64,000 nt of DNA from Candidatus Lernaella stagnicola (GTDB taxonomy: Bacteria; Lernaellota; Lernaellaia; Lernaellales; Lernaellaceae), in the NCBI GenBank assembly GCA_030765525.1, contig JAVCCK010000030.1, positions 12,488 through 76,487 of the forward strand, read 5' to 3'. The notes under the pieces were generated by a model that was not told where the DNA came from, did not search any database, and saw only the letters and a list, made by a program, of their open reading frames with translations. This document shows, piece by piece, positions 10,012 through 18,694 of the stretch (positions are counted from its first letter, which is position 1; the number at the start of each line of letters is the position of its first letter). The translations under genes and the position numbers were made by a program.

Positions 10012-10050
10012 TAAAGAAAAAGCCCGGGGGGCATGTGACTCCCCCCGGGC
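10012..10050 (-). terminator. rho-independent terminator downstream of pal
   Basis: 10-bp GC stem, GCCCGGGGGG (10022-10031) with CCCCCCGGGC (10041-10050). On the minus strand it is followed by TTTTTCTTT (plus-strand A-run 10012-10021). Confidence 0.6.
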
Positions 10051-10080
10051 GATGTACGCTATTGCGTTTGGCTATCCGTC

Positions 10081-10770
10081 TTATTTCGTCATCGCCGAAA
10101 TCTCGACGCGACGATTAAGCTGGAAACCCTTTTCGGTCAACGCAGCGCTGAACTTGGTGGTCTCGCCACCAGACTTCTTGGTCAGCCGGGCCGGAGCCAC
10201 GCCGGAAGCAACCAGGAAGTTGTATACGGTGGCCGCACGGCGTTCGCCCAAAGCAAGGTTGTATTCCTCGGTACCGCGGATATCGCACCAGCCGGTAAGC
10301 TGGAAACTCCACGCCGAGAACTTGCCCTTCAACTTGCCCGCTTCGTCTTTCAAACCAAGGATCTGATCCTTACGGATGCCGTACTTGTCATAGTCAAAGT
10401 ACGTGGTGTAGGTCTTTGGTTTTACGACCGGTTTGGGCGGAGCCGGGGGCGGCGGCGGAGGCGGAGCCTTCGCTGCGTCTTTTGCCTTGATGGCACACAT
10501 TTTGGCCACGTCGTACAGGTTTTTGGCCTGCTCGAACAGCGGCATAGCAATATCCCACTCTTCGGCAGCGTCAGCTTCCAACGCCTGTTTCATGGTCTGC
10601 TCGGCGGCAGCCCACTCCGTGGCACAGTACTCGTCAGCTTCGTTGGCTTTAGCGGCAGCTTGTGCATCAATGGCGTTCTGCTTTGCGACATCATAGCCTT
10701 CGGGAGGCCCGCAGCTCGCCACGAGGAACATGCTGACCAGAGCCAACAAGATGAACAAGGTCCTTCTCAT
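10081..10770 (-). CDS. pal: peptidoglycan-associated lipoprotein Pal
   Basis: Lipobox LVASC, helical N-domain, poly-Pro linker (APPPPPPPAPPKP), and OmpA-like C-domain YFDYDKYGIR...CDIRGTEEYNLALGERRAATVYNFLVASGV...NRRVEI. Follows tolB. Confidence 0.9.
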   Translation of the reverse strand: MRRTLFILLALVSMFLVASCGPPEGYDVAKQNAIDAQAAAKANEADEYCATEWAAAEQTMKQALEADAAEEWDIAMPLFEQAKNLYDVAKMCAIKAKDAAKAPPPPPPPAPPKPVVKPKTYTTYFDYDKYGIRKDQILGLKDEAGKLKGKFSAWSFQLTGWCDIRGTEEYNLALGERRAATVYNFLVASGVAPARLTKKSGGETTKFSAALTEKGFQLNRRVEISAMTK

Positions 10771-10878
10771 GATACCTCCCTTTCGTCACCTTGATAGTTT
10801 CTGAACAACGTTTCTTCACTCTGTCATTTGATCGCTTGCAATATAACTCACAAAAGCGTCAATGCAAACGCCCAAAAG

Positions 10879-12300
10879 TTAATTTAAGAGCCTAGGAGAC
10901 CACGCCGGATTCTTATCATCGACCCCTACTTTTGTCAAACGTTTTGTATAGCTTCCGTCGACATTGAAAATTCTTAAGGTCCTTCCGGCCCCTTCGCGCG
11001 TGGTCATCGCCAAAGCCCGGCCGTCGGGCGAAAAATGCGGGTATTCGCAGGCGGCAAAGCCGTGTCCCTGCGTGATGTTAATAGCATCGGTGCCGTCGGG
11101 AGCGATCATCAAAATGTGGTACTGCCCGCTCTCCCGCGCGCTGTAAACGATGCGCCCGCCCTTTTCCGTCGAGGCCCAGTCGGGGCTCTGATTGTACGCG
11201 CCGTGGTAGCTGGCGCGCTGCACCTCGCTGCCGTCGCTTTTCATCGTCCAGATTTGCGGCCCGCCGCTGCGGTCGGACACAAATGCGATACGGTCGCCCC
11301 GCGGCGACCAGGCCGGAAACAGTTCGATCGCCCGGCTGACGGTCAACCGTTTGGGTTTTCCCCCGCGTGCGGAAATCGTGTAAATCTCCATGTTGCCATC
11401 GTAGCTGATGGCCAGGGCAATGCGGCTGCCCGAGGGCGAGAAGCGCGGGCTGAGAATCAATCCCTTGACTTTGAACAACAACTTCGGTTCGCCGCCGCGG
11501 GCCGGTATCGAATAGAGGTAGTTAAAGAGATCCTGTTCGTTGCGGTTGTTTTCCCAGGCGAAGACGATTTGGCTGCCGTCGGGCGACCAAGTCGGGTTTT
11601 TCGCCTTGCCGAACATCGTGGTCAGCTTGCGCAGGTTCCGCCCGTCCAGGTCGATCACATACAGTTCCTGAGGCAGCGTCGTGTCTATTCCCTTGCGTGA
11701 GACGAAGGCGATCTTGGTGCCGAACACACCCTTCTGGCGTGTCAACTCGTACACGAGGTCGTTGCCCCACTTGTGCACCATCAAATACCAGTCGGCGGTC
11801 TTGCCGGTGTATTCTTTACCCAGCAGCATCATTTGTTGCGGCACGTGGTAGAGACGGAATTGCACGGTCACGCGGTTGCCGTCGAGCGCGAAATTGCCCT
11901 TGATCAAATACTCCGCCCCGATCGGTCGCCAATCATCAAAGCTGAAGGTGCCGGGCTTCACGCCGGCCGTGTGCGGATTCTCGACATACAGTGCGCGGTC
12001 GATCACGTCGAAGCGGCCCGTCATGCGCATGTCTTCGGCGGTTTCGTCCGCCAGCCTTTTAGCCAACCCCATCGTGTCGGCGCCCGTCCCGGTGTTTTTG
12101 AAAAAGGGAACGGCGATCGGGTCCTTCTTCACCGTCGGCAAGCCTCCGACATTACCGAAGATATCCACCGCGATGCCGTCGCCCTCCTGAGGCGGTGCGG
12201 GTTCCTGATCGAGCAAACCGGCCATGAGCGCCGGTGTGCCGAAAAACGCGGCAAGCGCTGCGAGGGTGAAAACGAATAAGGAAAGCTTGGACCATTTCAT
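10879..12300 (-). CDS. tolB: Tol-Pal system beta-propeller protein TolB
   Basis: Signal peptide, TolB N-domain, then repeated propeller blades (NPTWSPDGSQIVF, SPRFSPSGSRIAL, FPAWSPRGDRIAFVSDRSGGPQIW, NQSPDWAS, YPHFSPDGRALA, KNPAWSP). ATG 12300 (the track gives TTG 12303). Confidence 0.92.
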   Translation of the reverse strand: MKWSKLSLFVFTLAALAAFFGTPALMAGLLDQEPAPPQEGDGIAVDIFGNVGGLPTVKKDPIAVPFFKNTGTGADTMGLAKRLADETAEDMRMTGRFDVIDRALYVENPHTAGVKPGTFSFDDWRPIGAEYLIKGNFALDGNRVTVQFRLYHVPQQMMLLGKEYTGKTADWYLMVHKWGNDLVYELTRQKGVFGTKIAFVSRKGIDTTLPQELYVIDLDGRNLRKLTTMFGKAKNPTWSPDGSQIVFAWENNRNEQDLFNYLYSIPARGGEPKLLFKVKGLILSPRFSPSGSRIALAISYDGNMEIYTISARGGKPKRLTVSRAIELFPAWSPRGDRIAFVSDRSGGPQIWTMKSDGSEVQRASYHGAYNQSPDWASTEKGGRIVYSARESGQYHILMIAPDGTDAINITQGHGFAACEYPHFSPDGRALAMTTREGAGRTLRIFNVDGSYTKRLTKVGVDDKNPAWSPRLLN

Positions 12301-12321
12301 CAACGAAACCTCATTTTCCGA

Positions 12322-13089
12322 CTAAGGTTTTTTGCTTTTCGGGTGAAAACGGACGGTAATGCCCTTCTCACGCATGTCTTTTTCCAACAACTGGGGCGGC
12401 GGCGGCAGCGGGCTGGCTTTCGTAATGGCCGACAGGCAACTGCGGTCCAGCGGTTCGAAACCCGATCCCTTGGTGATGATCTTGTTCGTGATACTGCCCG
12501 AGGAAGAAACGTAGATCCGCACTTTGACCGTCGTGCGCAGATATTGATCCGGCAGGCCGCCGGGGAACGACCATACCGAAAGGATGCGCGATTGGACATT
12601 GGAAATGTATATGCCCAGCACTCCCTTCGTGTTGGTCGTGCCGGTGCCGCCCCCGCCGGTGGAATCGACCAGCGCCTGTTTCTCGCGGACGCGTTCGATG
12701 GCCCGCATGCGCGCCCGATCCTTCCAGCCCAGGCGATTGCTTGTAACATCCCGTTTTTTCGTTATTTTCACGGCATCGGCGCTGGCCTTCTGCCGGCGCT
12801 CCTCCATGATGTCCTTCGCCTTGCGTGGATCGGAGCGCCGCACCGCCTCCTGGTTGCGGTCGGGAGCCTTAGGCCCCAAACCCGGCCCCTTGGGCAGGTT
12901 GTAGGACAAGTCGACCTCGATCGCCTCCGGCAACGCTTTGTGTTGACTGCCCAATACGTCGGGAGCGAAGGCGAAGATAAGAAAGGCGGCGATGTGAAAC
13001 GCCAAGGAGATCGCGATCATTTCTCCCAGTAACTTTTCCGGACTGACTGAGAGAAGGTATCGAAGTCTGATCGGCGACCTCTTCAGCAT
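12322..13089 (-). CDS. tolA: TolA-like / TonB C-terminal-domain protein
   Basis: N-terminal TM anchor (IAISLAFHIAAFLIFAF), a charged linker, and a C-terminal TonB/TolA-type domain (ILSVWSFPGGLPDQYLRTTVKVRIYVSSSGSITNKIITKGSGFEPLDRSCLSAITKASPLPPPP). Sits between tolR and tolB. Confidence 0.75.
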   Translation of the reverse strand: MLKRSPIRLRYLLSVSPEKLLGEMIAISLAFHIAAFLIFAFAPDVLGSQHKALPEAIEVDLSYNLPKGPGLGPKAPDRNQEAVRRSDPRKAKDIMEERRQKASADAVKITKKRDVTSNRLGWKDRARMRAIERVREKQALVDSTGGGGTGTTNTKGVLGIYISNVQSRILSVWSFPGGLPDQYLRTTVKVRIYVSSSGSITNKIITKGSGFEPLDRSCLSAITKASPLPPPPQLLEKDMREKGITVRFHPKSKKP

Positions 13090-13090
13090 C

Positions 13091-13513
13091 TCATTTCTCT
13101 TGCGGCGGTTGGGTGATCATGGAAAGCTTCGTGGCGCCGGCCTGCTTCGCCAGGGCCATGGTTTGCACGACCACGCCGTAAGACACATCTTTGTCGGCGC
13201 GCAGATACAGGGTTTTGTCGGCTCGCTCCGCGAAGATTTCCTGCAACTGCTTGCTGAGTTGTTCCATGGGTACGGCGGTGCGCTTGATGCTCAAGCCGCC
13301 GTTTTTGTCCACTACCAGGATGACAGGCTCCTGCTCGTGTTGTTCCAGCGGTCCGGCTTTCACTTCCGGCACGTTGACCGACATGCCTTCCTGCAACATC
13401 GGCGCGGTCACCATAAAAATTATCAGCATCACCAACATCACGTCCACCAAAGGCGTCACGTTGATTTCGCTCATTAGGCGGCGATGGCCGCCCCCGCCGG
13501 TGCTTATGGCCAC
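13091..13513 (-). CDS. tolR: TolR / ExbD-family biopolymer transport protein
   Basis: MSEINVTPLVDVMLVMLIIFMV motif. 140 aa with GTG start preceded by AGGAG. Sits between tolQ and the tolA-like gene. Confidence 0.88.
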   Translation of the reverse strand: MAISTGGGGHRRLMSEINVTPLVDVMLVMLIIFMVTAPMLQEGMSVNVPEVKAGPLEQHEQEPVILVVDKNGGLSIKRTAVPMEQLSKQLQEIFAERADKTLYLRADKDVSYGVVVQTMALAKQAGATKLSMITQPPQEK

Positions 13514-13535
13514 GATCTATCTCCTTCGCCCGCTT

Positions 13536-14276
13536 CTATTTAAGAATGTGGCGTTCCAATATATTCATGAACTCGCTGGAGAAGCTCTCGATGCTGCCCT
13601 CCAGGCTGCGCAATTTCGCCGAAAAGTGATTGTAAAACACGACGGCCGGTATCGCGGCGAAAAGCCCGACCGCGGTGGCCACCAACGCTTCGGAGATGCC
13701 CGGCGCCACGACGGCGAGCGAAGCCTGCCCCGACGCGCCGATGCTCTGAAAGCTGTCCATGATGCCCCAGACGGTGCCGAACAAGCCGATGAAGGGCGCG
13801 GTGTTGCCCACGGTGGCCAGGAAGGGAATCGCCTTTTCCAGTTTGGCGATCTGGTCGGCCGCCGAACGCTGCAAGGCGCGGGCGACGTTTTCGCGCGCTC
13901 CGGCGACGGTGCTGCGGGTCATCGGGGCGGGCCCTTCGGTCGTGTAGGCGTCACCTTGCTGGCGAAAGCGCTTCAATTCCTCGAAGCCGGCGGCGAACAC
14001 TTCGGCGACCGGTGCGTGGATCAGTTGCTTGCTGTGCCGGTGAATGTCGTCCAATTGACGCGATTCCCAAAACGCCCGCAAGAAGATTTCGTTCTCGTTT
14101 TGCGCACGGCGCAACAAGAGCCACTTCAAGAAAATGATCGCCCAGCTCACAACGGAAAAAACAACCAACAGTGCCAGCACCGACTTAACGACCAAACCGG
14201 CATCCTTGACCAAGTCAATGACGTTGGCCGATTCGGCGGGTACCTGCGCGATGACACATAGAATTTGTTGAATCAA
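13536..14276 (-). CDS. tolQ: TolQ / MotA-ExbB-family proton channel
   Basis: Three TM segments and the conserved C-terminal region LATVGNTAPFIGLFGTVWGIMDSF...GISEALVATAVGLFAAIPAVVFYN. First gene of the Tol-Pal cluster. Confidence 0.9.
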   Translation of the reverse strand: MIQQILCVIAQVPAESANVIDLVKDAGLVVKSVLALLVVFSVVSWAIIFLKWLLLRRAQNENEIFLRAFWESRQLDDIHRHSKQLIHAPVAEVFAAGFEELKRFRQQGDAYTTEGPAPMTRSTVAGARENVARALQRSAADQIAKLEKAIPFLATVGNTAPFIGLFGTVWGIMDSFQSIGASGQASLAVVAPGISEALVATAVGLFAAIPAVVFYNHFSAKLRSLEGSIESFSSEFMNILERHILK

Positions 14277-14522
14277 AATGGTTCATCTCCCATAGTAGAA
14301 ATCGACTTTCGGTCGGCGTCAAAAGTATTGCACAATGTCCGGCAAGTCAAGATTTTCCACCATTTTCGATAGCTTGAGTAAGAAACACGATCTCGCGACA
14401 CGGCGTGCGAATCGTCTTAACTTCCTTGGAACCCCACTGCACACAAAAGGTTGCACGCCTCCTGGCCGATGACTCTGTTTTGAGTTAGATTAAGTTGTTT
14501 GGTCGGCTGCCGGGAGGAATGG

Positions 14523-15908
14523 ATGAGACTGATTTCGAAAATACTGATTTTTTTCGCGATTGCGATGTTAAGCGTCACGTTGGTTATCGTCTCCTGCGGC
14601 GACGATGATGATGACGACGACGACAATGACGAGCTCGAAGACGTGCCCAAGGTCTACGACACGACGATCGACGGATGGGCGTTCGGCGACGGCTTGTACC
14701 GCTACGCGCAGGGCCATTGGAACAAGGAAAGCCAATCGCCCTTCAACGTGCAGGTTATCGGTTCCGTGTTCACCGACCGCAGTTACGGCTTCGTTTACAG
14801 CGGTCAGCGCATATACCAGTACCGCGCCGGCGACTGGATTCCCGTCAACAATTCCAACTTCCCGCCGGGATCGATCACCGACGCCACCTTCATCCCCAAC
14901 GGCTCGGCCTGGTTCGCGGTCAATAACGCGTACGGCCGCGGCTCGCTGGTCGGCGTTACCGAAGATGCTCAACCGATGATCTTCGACTCGGAAGGAACGC
15001 TCGCCTCCGTACCCCTCAAGCTCTCGGCCCTCTTCCAGGTCCCCGAGGACAACGCGCTGCACCTGTGCGCGGTCGTGCCCGAGGCGACGGACTACTTCTT
15101 CCAACACCTCCGCTGGGACGGCACCACCGTGACCTCCGAGGTCATGTTCCGCATCGATTTCATGCCGGTCGATCCGCCCGCCGATGACGACGACACCACC
15201 ACCGACGACGACACGACCGCCGATGACGACACCGCCGGCGACGACGACCAACCCGAGTGGTTGCAGATGGTCGATATCCTCGACATGAAAACCGCGCCCG
15301 ACGGTACTATCTGGGCCGCCGGTTGGGATCGCGCCGATGATGCCACTCCGCGCGGCGCGCTCTGGCACCGCGTGGCCAACGGCGAAGAAATCACGTGGGA
15401 GCGCACGTTGCTGGAAACCTCCACCGGCTGCAAAACGACCATGGCGAAAAAATTCGTCTACGCCCCCGACACCGGACGCGCTTTCGTGATCGCCGATTGC
15501 GGCAACTCGCAGATCTATCGGCAAAACGACGACGGCTCTTGGTCGCAGATGCTACTGCCGGGCATCAAAGGCAGCACCTACCGTATCAACGACTTGTCCC
15601 TGGTCACCGAAACCAAGGGGTGGGCCGTGGGTTATACCTCCGACAAGAACGCGCCCCTGTTGCTGGTGCGCAGTACCGCGGGGTGGGAGATCGCCGACGC
15701 ACGTACCTTTGACGTCGGCGACGAGTTGTTCAGCGCGGCCCTCTATTCGGTGCAGTCTCCGGGCGGGTTCTCCGACGACGACACCACGGCCGACGACGAC
15801 ACCACCACCGATGACGACACCACCGGCGACGACGATACGACGACCGACGACGACACCACGGCCGACGACGACGACCTTGTGGGAGACGATGACACGGTCG
15901 GCAGCTAA
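14523..15908 (+). CDS. lipoprotein with three poly-Asp/(DDDxx)n tracts and a beta-propeller-like body
   Basis: GGGAGG then ATG 14523. Lipobox LVIVSC followed at once by GDDDDDDDDNDE. Internal tract DDDDTTTDDDTTADDDTAGDDD. C-terminal tract DDDTTADDDTTTDDDTTGDDDTTTDDDTTADDDDLVGDDDTVGS, with no terminal Cys. The body has GWAVGY/DDGSWSQ-type propeller motifs. Confidence 0.8.
   Translation: MRLISKILIFFAIAMLSVTLVIVSCGDDDDDDDDNDELEDVPKVYDTTIDGWAFGDGLYRYAQGHWNKESQSPFNVQVIGSVFTDRSYGFVYSGQRIYQYRAGDWIPVNNSNFPPGSITDATFIPNGSAWFAVNNAYGRGSLVGVTEDAQPMIFDSEGTLASVPLKLSALFQVPEDNALHLCAVVPEATDYFFQHLRWDGTTVTSEVMFRIDFMPVDPPADDDDTTTDDDTTADDDTAGDDDQPEWLQMVDILDMKTAPDGTIWAAGWDRADDATPRGALWHRVANGEEITWERTLLETSTGCKTTMAKKFVYAPDTGRAFVIADCGNSQIYRQNDDGSWSQMLLPGIKGSTYRINDLSLVTETKGWAVGYTSDKNAPLLLVRSTAGWEIADARTFDVGDELFSAALYSVQSPGGFSDDDTTADDDTTTDDDTTGDDDTTTDDDTTADDDDLVGDDDTVGS
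14601..14630 (+). repeat. Asp-codon run (poly-D directly after the lipobox Cys)
   Basis: GAC GAT GAT GAT GAC GAC GAC GAC AAT GAC, in frame. Confidence 0.9.
15183..15248 (+). repeat. 15-bp-period GAY-rich coding repeat ((DDDxx)n)
   Basis: Encodes DDDDTTTDDDTTADDDTAGDDD. Confidence 0.9.
15774..15893 (+). repeat. 15-bp-period GAY-rich coding repeat ((DDDxx)n)
   Basis: Encodes DDDTTADDDTTTDDDTTGDDDTTTDDDTTADDDDLVGDDD. Confidence 0.9.
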
Positions 15909-15950
15909 CGCAACGCGCCCGACCGGGCGAGCAAGGACCGACCCGGTGTC

Positions 15951-17228
15951 ATGAATCCGGCAACCCGTAAATACCTCGGCTTAAGCGTCCGCTTCTTGGC
16001 CGGCGGCTTTTTACTGAGCCTGCTGGTTTCGATGCGCGCTTACCAACTGCCCCACTTCCATTTCGGCTTAATCGCGGTGGTAATCGGCGGCTTCCTGCTC
16101 GCCCGACGACGTAATAACCGCGTGCTTTTATTGGACGCCGTCATCGCCTACCTGGCGTTATTTCTCATTCCGCCGGGCTTTATCGGGTGGTCCCTTTCCT
16201 TCGCCTGGACGTTTTCTTCCCTCACGCTGGCGTTGCTTGTCGGGCTGGCGACCTGGCGATTATCCGACAGCCGTTTTACGCCTTTTGTGGCGGCGGTAAC
16301 CGTCGCGGCCATCGCGTCGGCCGGGGCAACGGTCAACACCTTCCGCTTGCAACTCGCCGACATGCCCGTGGAGTGGGCGGGCGTTCCCACAATGATCAAC
16401 GACGCGGGCATCGACCGCGGCGCACCAACCTCGCGCATGCTGAAAGTCGCCCCACGCCGCAAGCTGGGCGAGTTGCCGCAACCGGTGCCCCACGGCGATC
16501 CGCCGGCCGGGCGTGTCGTCGGCCTCGTGGAGCGCGGCGACGCGGAGTTCTATGTCCGCGGCTTCGCCCATGCCTCGAGCGCGGAAATCACGCCCTCGCG
16601 ATTCGTGGTTCCGGAGTGCAATCCGGTGCGCGACATCGATTTCGATCGCGCCTGGCGCCAATGGCTGGTGTTGTGCGGCGCGGGCAAACAGCTCGTGTAT
16701 TACCAAGGTGACGCCAGGATCACCAAGCTGCTCGACCTGCCGGGCATCTGGCCCTTTCGGCTGACGGTGCACCAGGAACTCGAGCGCGTGTTTATCGTCG
16801 ATCCCGGGGGCGGATACCTGATCGAAGTGGCTTTGGAAAGCAACGAAATCCTACGCCAGCCGCACGTCGGCTTCGGCATCAGCGACGTGGAGATCACGCC
16901 GGACGGCCGCTTTTTGTACATCCCCCAACCCTATCGCTCGCGTATCATCGTCCTGAGCGTCACGGACCTGGAAACCGTGCGGGAAGTACCGCTTTCCTTC
17001 GGCGTCGCCCATCTGGCCGTCGACCGGACCCGCGGCCGGATATACGCCGTTGCCATGGGCAGCGGCAAGCTGTTTTCCCTCGATCCGCAAACGCACGAAA
17101 TCGTCGGCGAGGGCGACCTCAACAGCCCGGTGCTCGATGCCGAGTACGACGACGCCGCGGCGCGTTTGTACTGGACGACGCCGCGCGGGTACCGCTGGTC
17201 ATCCATCGACTCACTGTTGACCAAATAA
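15951..17228 (+). CDS. polytopic membrane N-domain fused to a YVTN/YncE-like beta-propeller
   Basis: Roughly 130 aa with about four hydrophobic helices (FLAGGFLLSLLV, LIAVVIGGFLLA, AVIAYLALFLIPPGFIGW, LALLVGLATW, FVAAVTVAAIASAGA). These are followed by repeats such as FLYIPQPYRSRIIVLSVTDLETVREVPL and GRIYAVAMGSGKLFSLDPQTHEIV. Confidence 0.65.
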   Translation: MNPATRKYLGLSVRFLAGGFLLSLLVSMRAYQLPHFHFGLIAVVIGGFLLARRRNNRVLLLDAVIAYLALFLIPPGFIGWSLSFAWTFSSLTLALLVGLATWRLSDSRFTPFVAAVTVAAIASAGATVNTFRLQLADMPVEWAGVPTMINDAGIDRGAPTSRMLKVAPRRKLGELPQPVPHGDPPAGRVVGLVERGDAEFYVRGFAHASSAEITPSRFVVPECNPVRDIDFDRAWRQWLVLCGAGKQLVYYQGDARITKLLDLPGIWPFRLTVHQELERVFIVDPGGGYLIEVALESNEILRQPHVGFGISDVEITPDGRFLYIPQPYRSRIIVLSVTDLETVREVPLSFGVAHLAVDRTRGRIYAVAMGSGKLFSLDPQTHEIVGEGDLNSPVLDAEYDDAAARLYWTTPRGYRWSSIDSLLTK

Positions 17229-17260
17229 AAAAAGACCGGCACCCGCAGGCGCCGGTCTTG
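17227..17260. terminator. bidirectional rho-independent terminator between convergent genes
   Basis: A-run (17225-17233), GACCGGC (17234-17240), a 10-nt loop, GCCGGTC (17251-17257), then TT. Read on the minus strand, the stem is followed by a 7-9 nt T-run. Confidence 0.65.
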
Positions 17261-17281
17261 GTGGCTTGTTTTTCCCCTGAA

Positions 17282-18694
17282 TCAGCAGCCGCAACCGCTA
17301 TCGTCATCGTCGTCGTCACCGCCGATCGGTGCCGTATCGTCGTCGGTGGCGTCGTCGTCGGTGGCGTCATCGTCGGCCGCGTCGTCGTCGGCCGCGTCGT
17401 CATCGCCGGTGTCGTCATCGCCGGTGTCGTCATCGCCGGTGTCGTCATCACCGGTGTCGTCATCGCCGGTCGTATCGTCGTCGCCGGGAGCCGTCACGGT
17501 AACCGTGAAGGCTTGAGTATCGGTGCCTTTTGGGGTGTCGCCGTCATCCACGCTTACTTCCACATCGTAATCATCGGGATCCACGTCGGTGGTATCCCAA
17601 GTGATCTCGCCGGTTACGGAGTCGATCACCATTCCCATCGGACCATCCAGCAGTTCGAACTCCAGCTCATCGTAAAAGTCGATGTCGAACGCTTCGACAT
17701 CGTACTCGTACAAGTCGTCCGCAACCACTTCGGTCACCGCGTCGGACGTGATTTCCGGATCCGCGTTGGCCATCTTCAGGTAGTACGTGGTCGTGTTCTG
17801 TCCGGCGGTAATGCGACCGCCGCCCGCGAAAAGATAGTTTTCGGCGTTCACGGCCCACGCTCCGGCGACCGCCACCGGCAGGGAGTCAATTGCCGTCCAC
17901 GTTCCCTTAGCCGGTGCGAAAGTATACACGTCGTCAAGGAAATCATCCCATCCGGCGAAGCGACCGCCGAGAACGTACAGTTCGTCGCTGTACAACGCGC
18001 AACCGTGGTCCCATCGCCCCAGCGGCGCGACAGGCGACAAGGTCGACCACGTCCCGGCGCCGATATCCAAGGCTTCGGGCGTTAAAGGAGGCGGGCTGAA
18101 TATCAGCGAGTCGACACCACCGGCCACGACGAGATCGCCGCCGATCACGCCGCCGCACGTCAGGAAATCCCCGCCCGGCTGGGTCGCCACGTCGCTTTCG
18201 AAAGTATCGGTTTCCGGGTCATAAACCTTAGTCGGCAGGCCGCGTCCCCAGGTGTAGATATATCCGGATACCGGGTCGAAAGCCGCTTGTACGCCTTCCG
18301 CCAAAGTAACCGCCGCGCCGGTCGACCAGCTATCGGTTGCCGGATCGTAAATGTTCACGACGGTAGTGCTGGCGCCGTCATCTATCCCGAAGATGAAATA
18401 GATTTTCTCGCCGTCGGTTGCGGCGGCGTAACGCGTCAGCTTAATGGGCGCGGTCGCGCCGCTGGTCCACGTGTCGGTCACGGGATCGAATATCCGCACG
18501 GCGTCACTAAATGTGAAGGTTGCGGAATCGAAGCCGCCAATGGCGTAGATTTTGCCGTCGATAAAGAACGCCTTGCCGGCTTCATTGCCCGGGCCGGGCA
18601 TGGTAGAGCCCGAAGTTTCCCATTGCGCCGCGGCGACACCGCAGAACGCGATCAGAAACGCGCCCGCGAGAATTCCAATTAGCATTTTTTTCAT
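17282..18694 (-). CDS. exported Kelch-repeat protein with cadherin-like Ig domain, (DDDxx)n tract and C-terminal CGC
   Basis: GGAGG then ATG 18694 (MKKMLIGILAGAFLIAFCGVAAAQ signal peptide). Kelch-type repeats: IYAIGGFDS, IYFIFGIDDG, LVVAGGVDS, LYVLGGRFAG. He_PIG/dystroglycan-type segment: YEYDVEAFDIDFYDELEFELLDGPMGMVIDSVTGEITWDT. Tail: PGDDDTTGDDDTGDDD...DDDATDDDTAPIGGDDDDDDSGCGC-stop. Confidence 0.85.
   Translation of the reverse strand: MKKMLIGILAGAFLIAFCGVAAAQWETSGSTMPGPGNEAGKAFFIDGKIYAIGGFDSATFTFSDAVRIFDPVTDTWTSGATAPIKLTRYAAATDGEKIYFIFGIDDGASTTVVNIYDPATDSWSTGAAVTLAEGVQAAFDPVSGYIYTWGRGLPTKVYDPETDTFESDVATQPGGDFLTCGGVIGGDLVVAGGVDSLIFSPPPLTPEALDIGAGTWSTLSPVAPLGRWDHGCALYSDELYVLGGRFAGWDDFLDDVYTFAPAKGTWTAIDSLPVAVAGAWAVNAENYLFAGGGRITAGQNTTTYYLKMANADPEITSDAVTEVVADDLYEYDVEAFDIDFYDELEFELLDGPMGMVIDSVTGEITWDTTDVDPDDYDVEVSVDDGDTPKGTDTQAFTVTVTAPGDDDTTGDDDTGDDDTGDDDTGDDDTGDDDAADDDAADDDATDDDATDDDTAPIGGDDDDDDSGCGC
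17285..17482 (-). repeat. 15-bp-period Asp-codon coding repeat ending in TGC GGC TGC
   Basis: Includes five near-perfect tandem copies of GTCGTCATCGCCGGT at 17396-17470, flanked by related 15-mers (GTCGTCGTCGGCCGC, GTCGTCGTCGGTGGC). Confidence 0.9.

Noticed and set aside
17258-18085. Plus-strand ORFs reading through the Asp tracts as VVVG/IVVGR repeats (also 18715-19563, 20286-21407 and 48635-49702).
   Set aside because: They are the antisense reading of GAC/GAT repeats. The opposite strand has ribosome-binding sites, signal peptides and recognisable Kelch/BNR/PKD domains.
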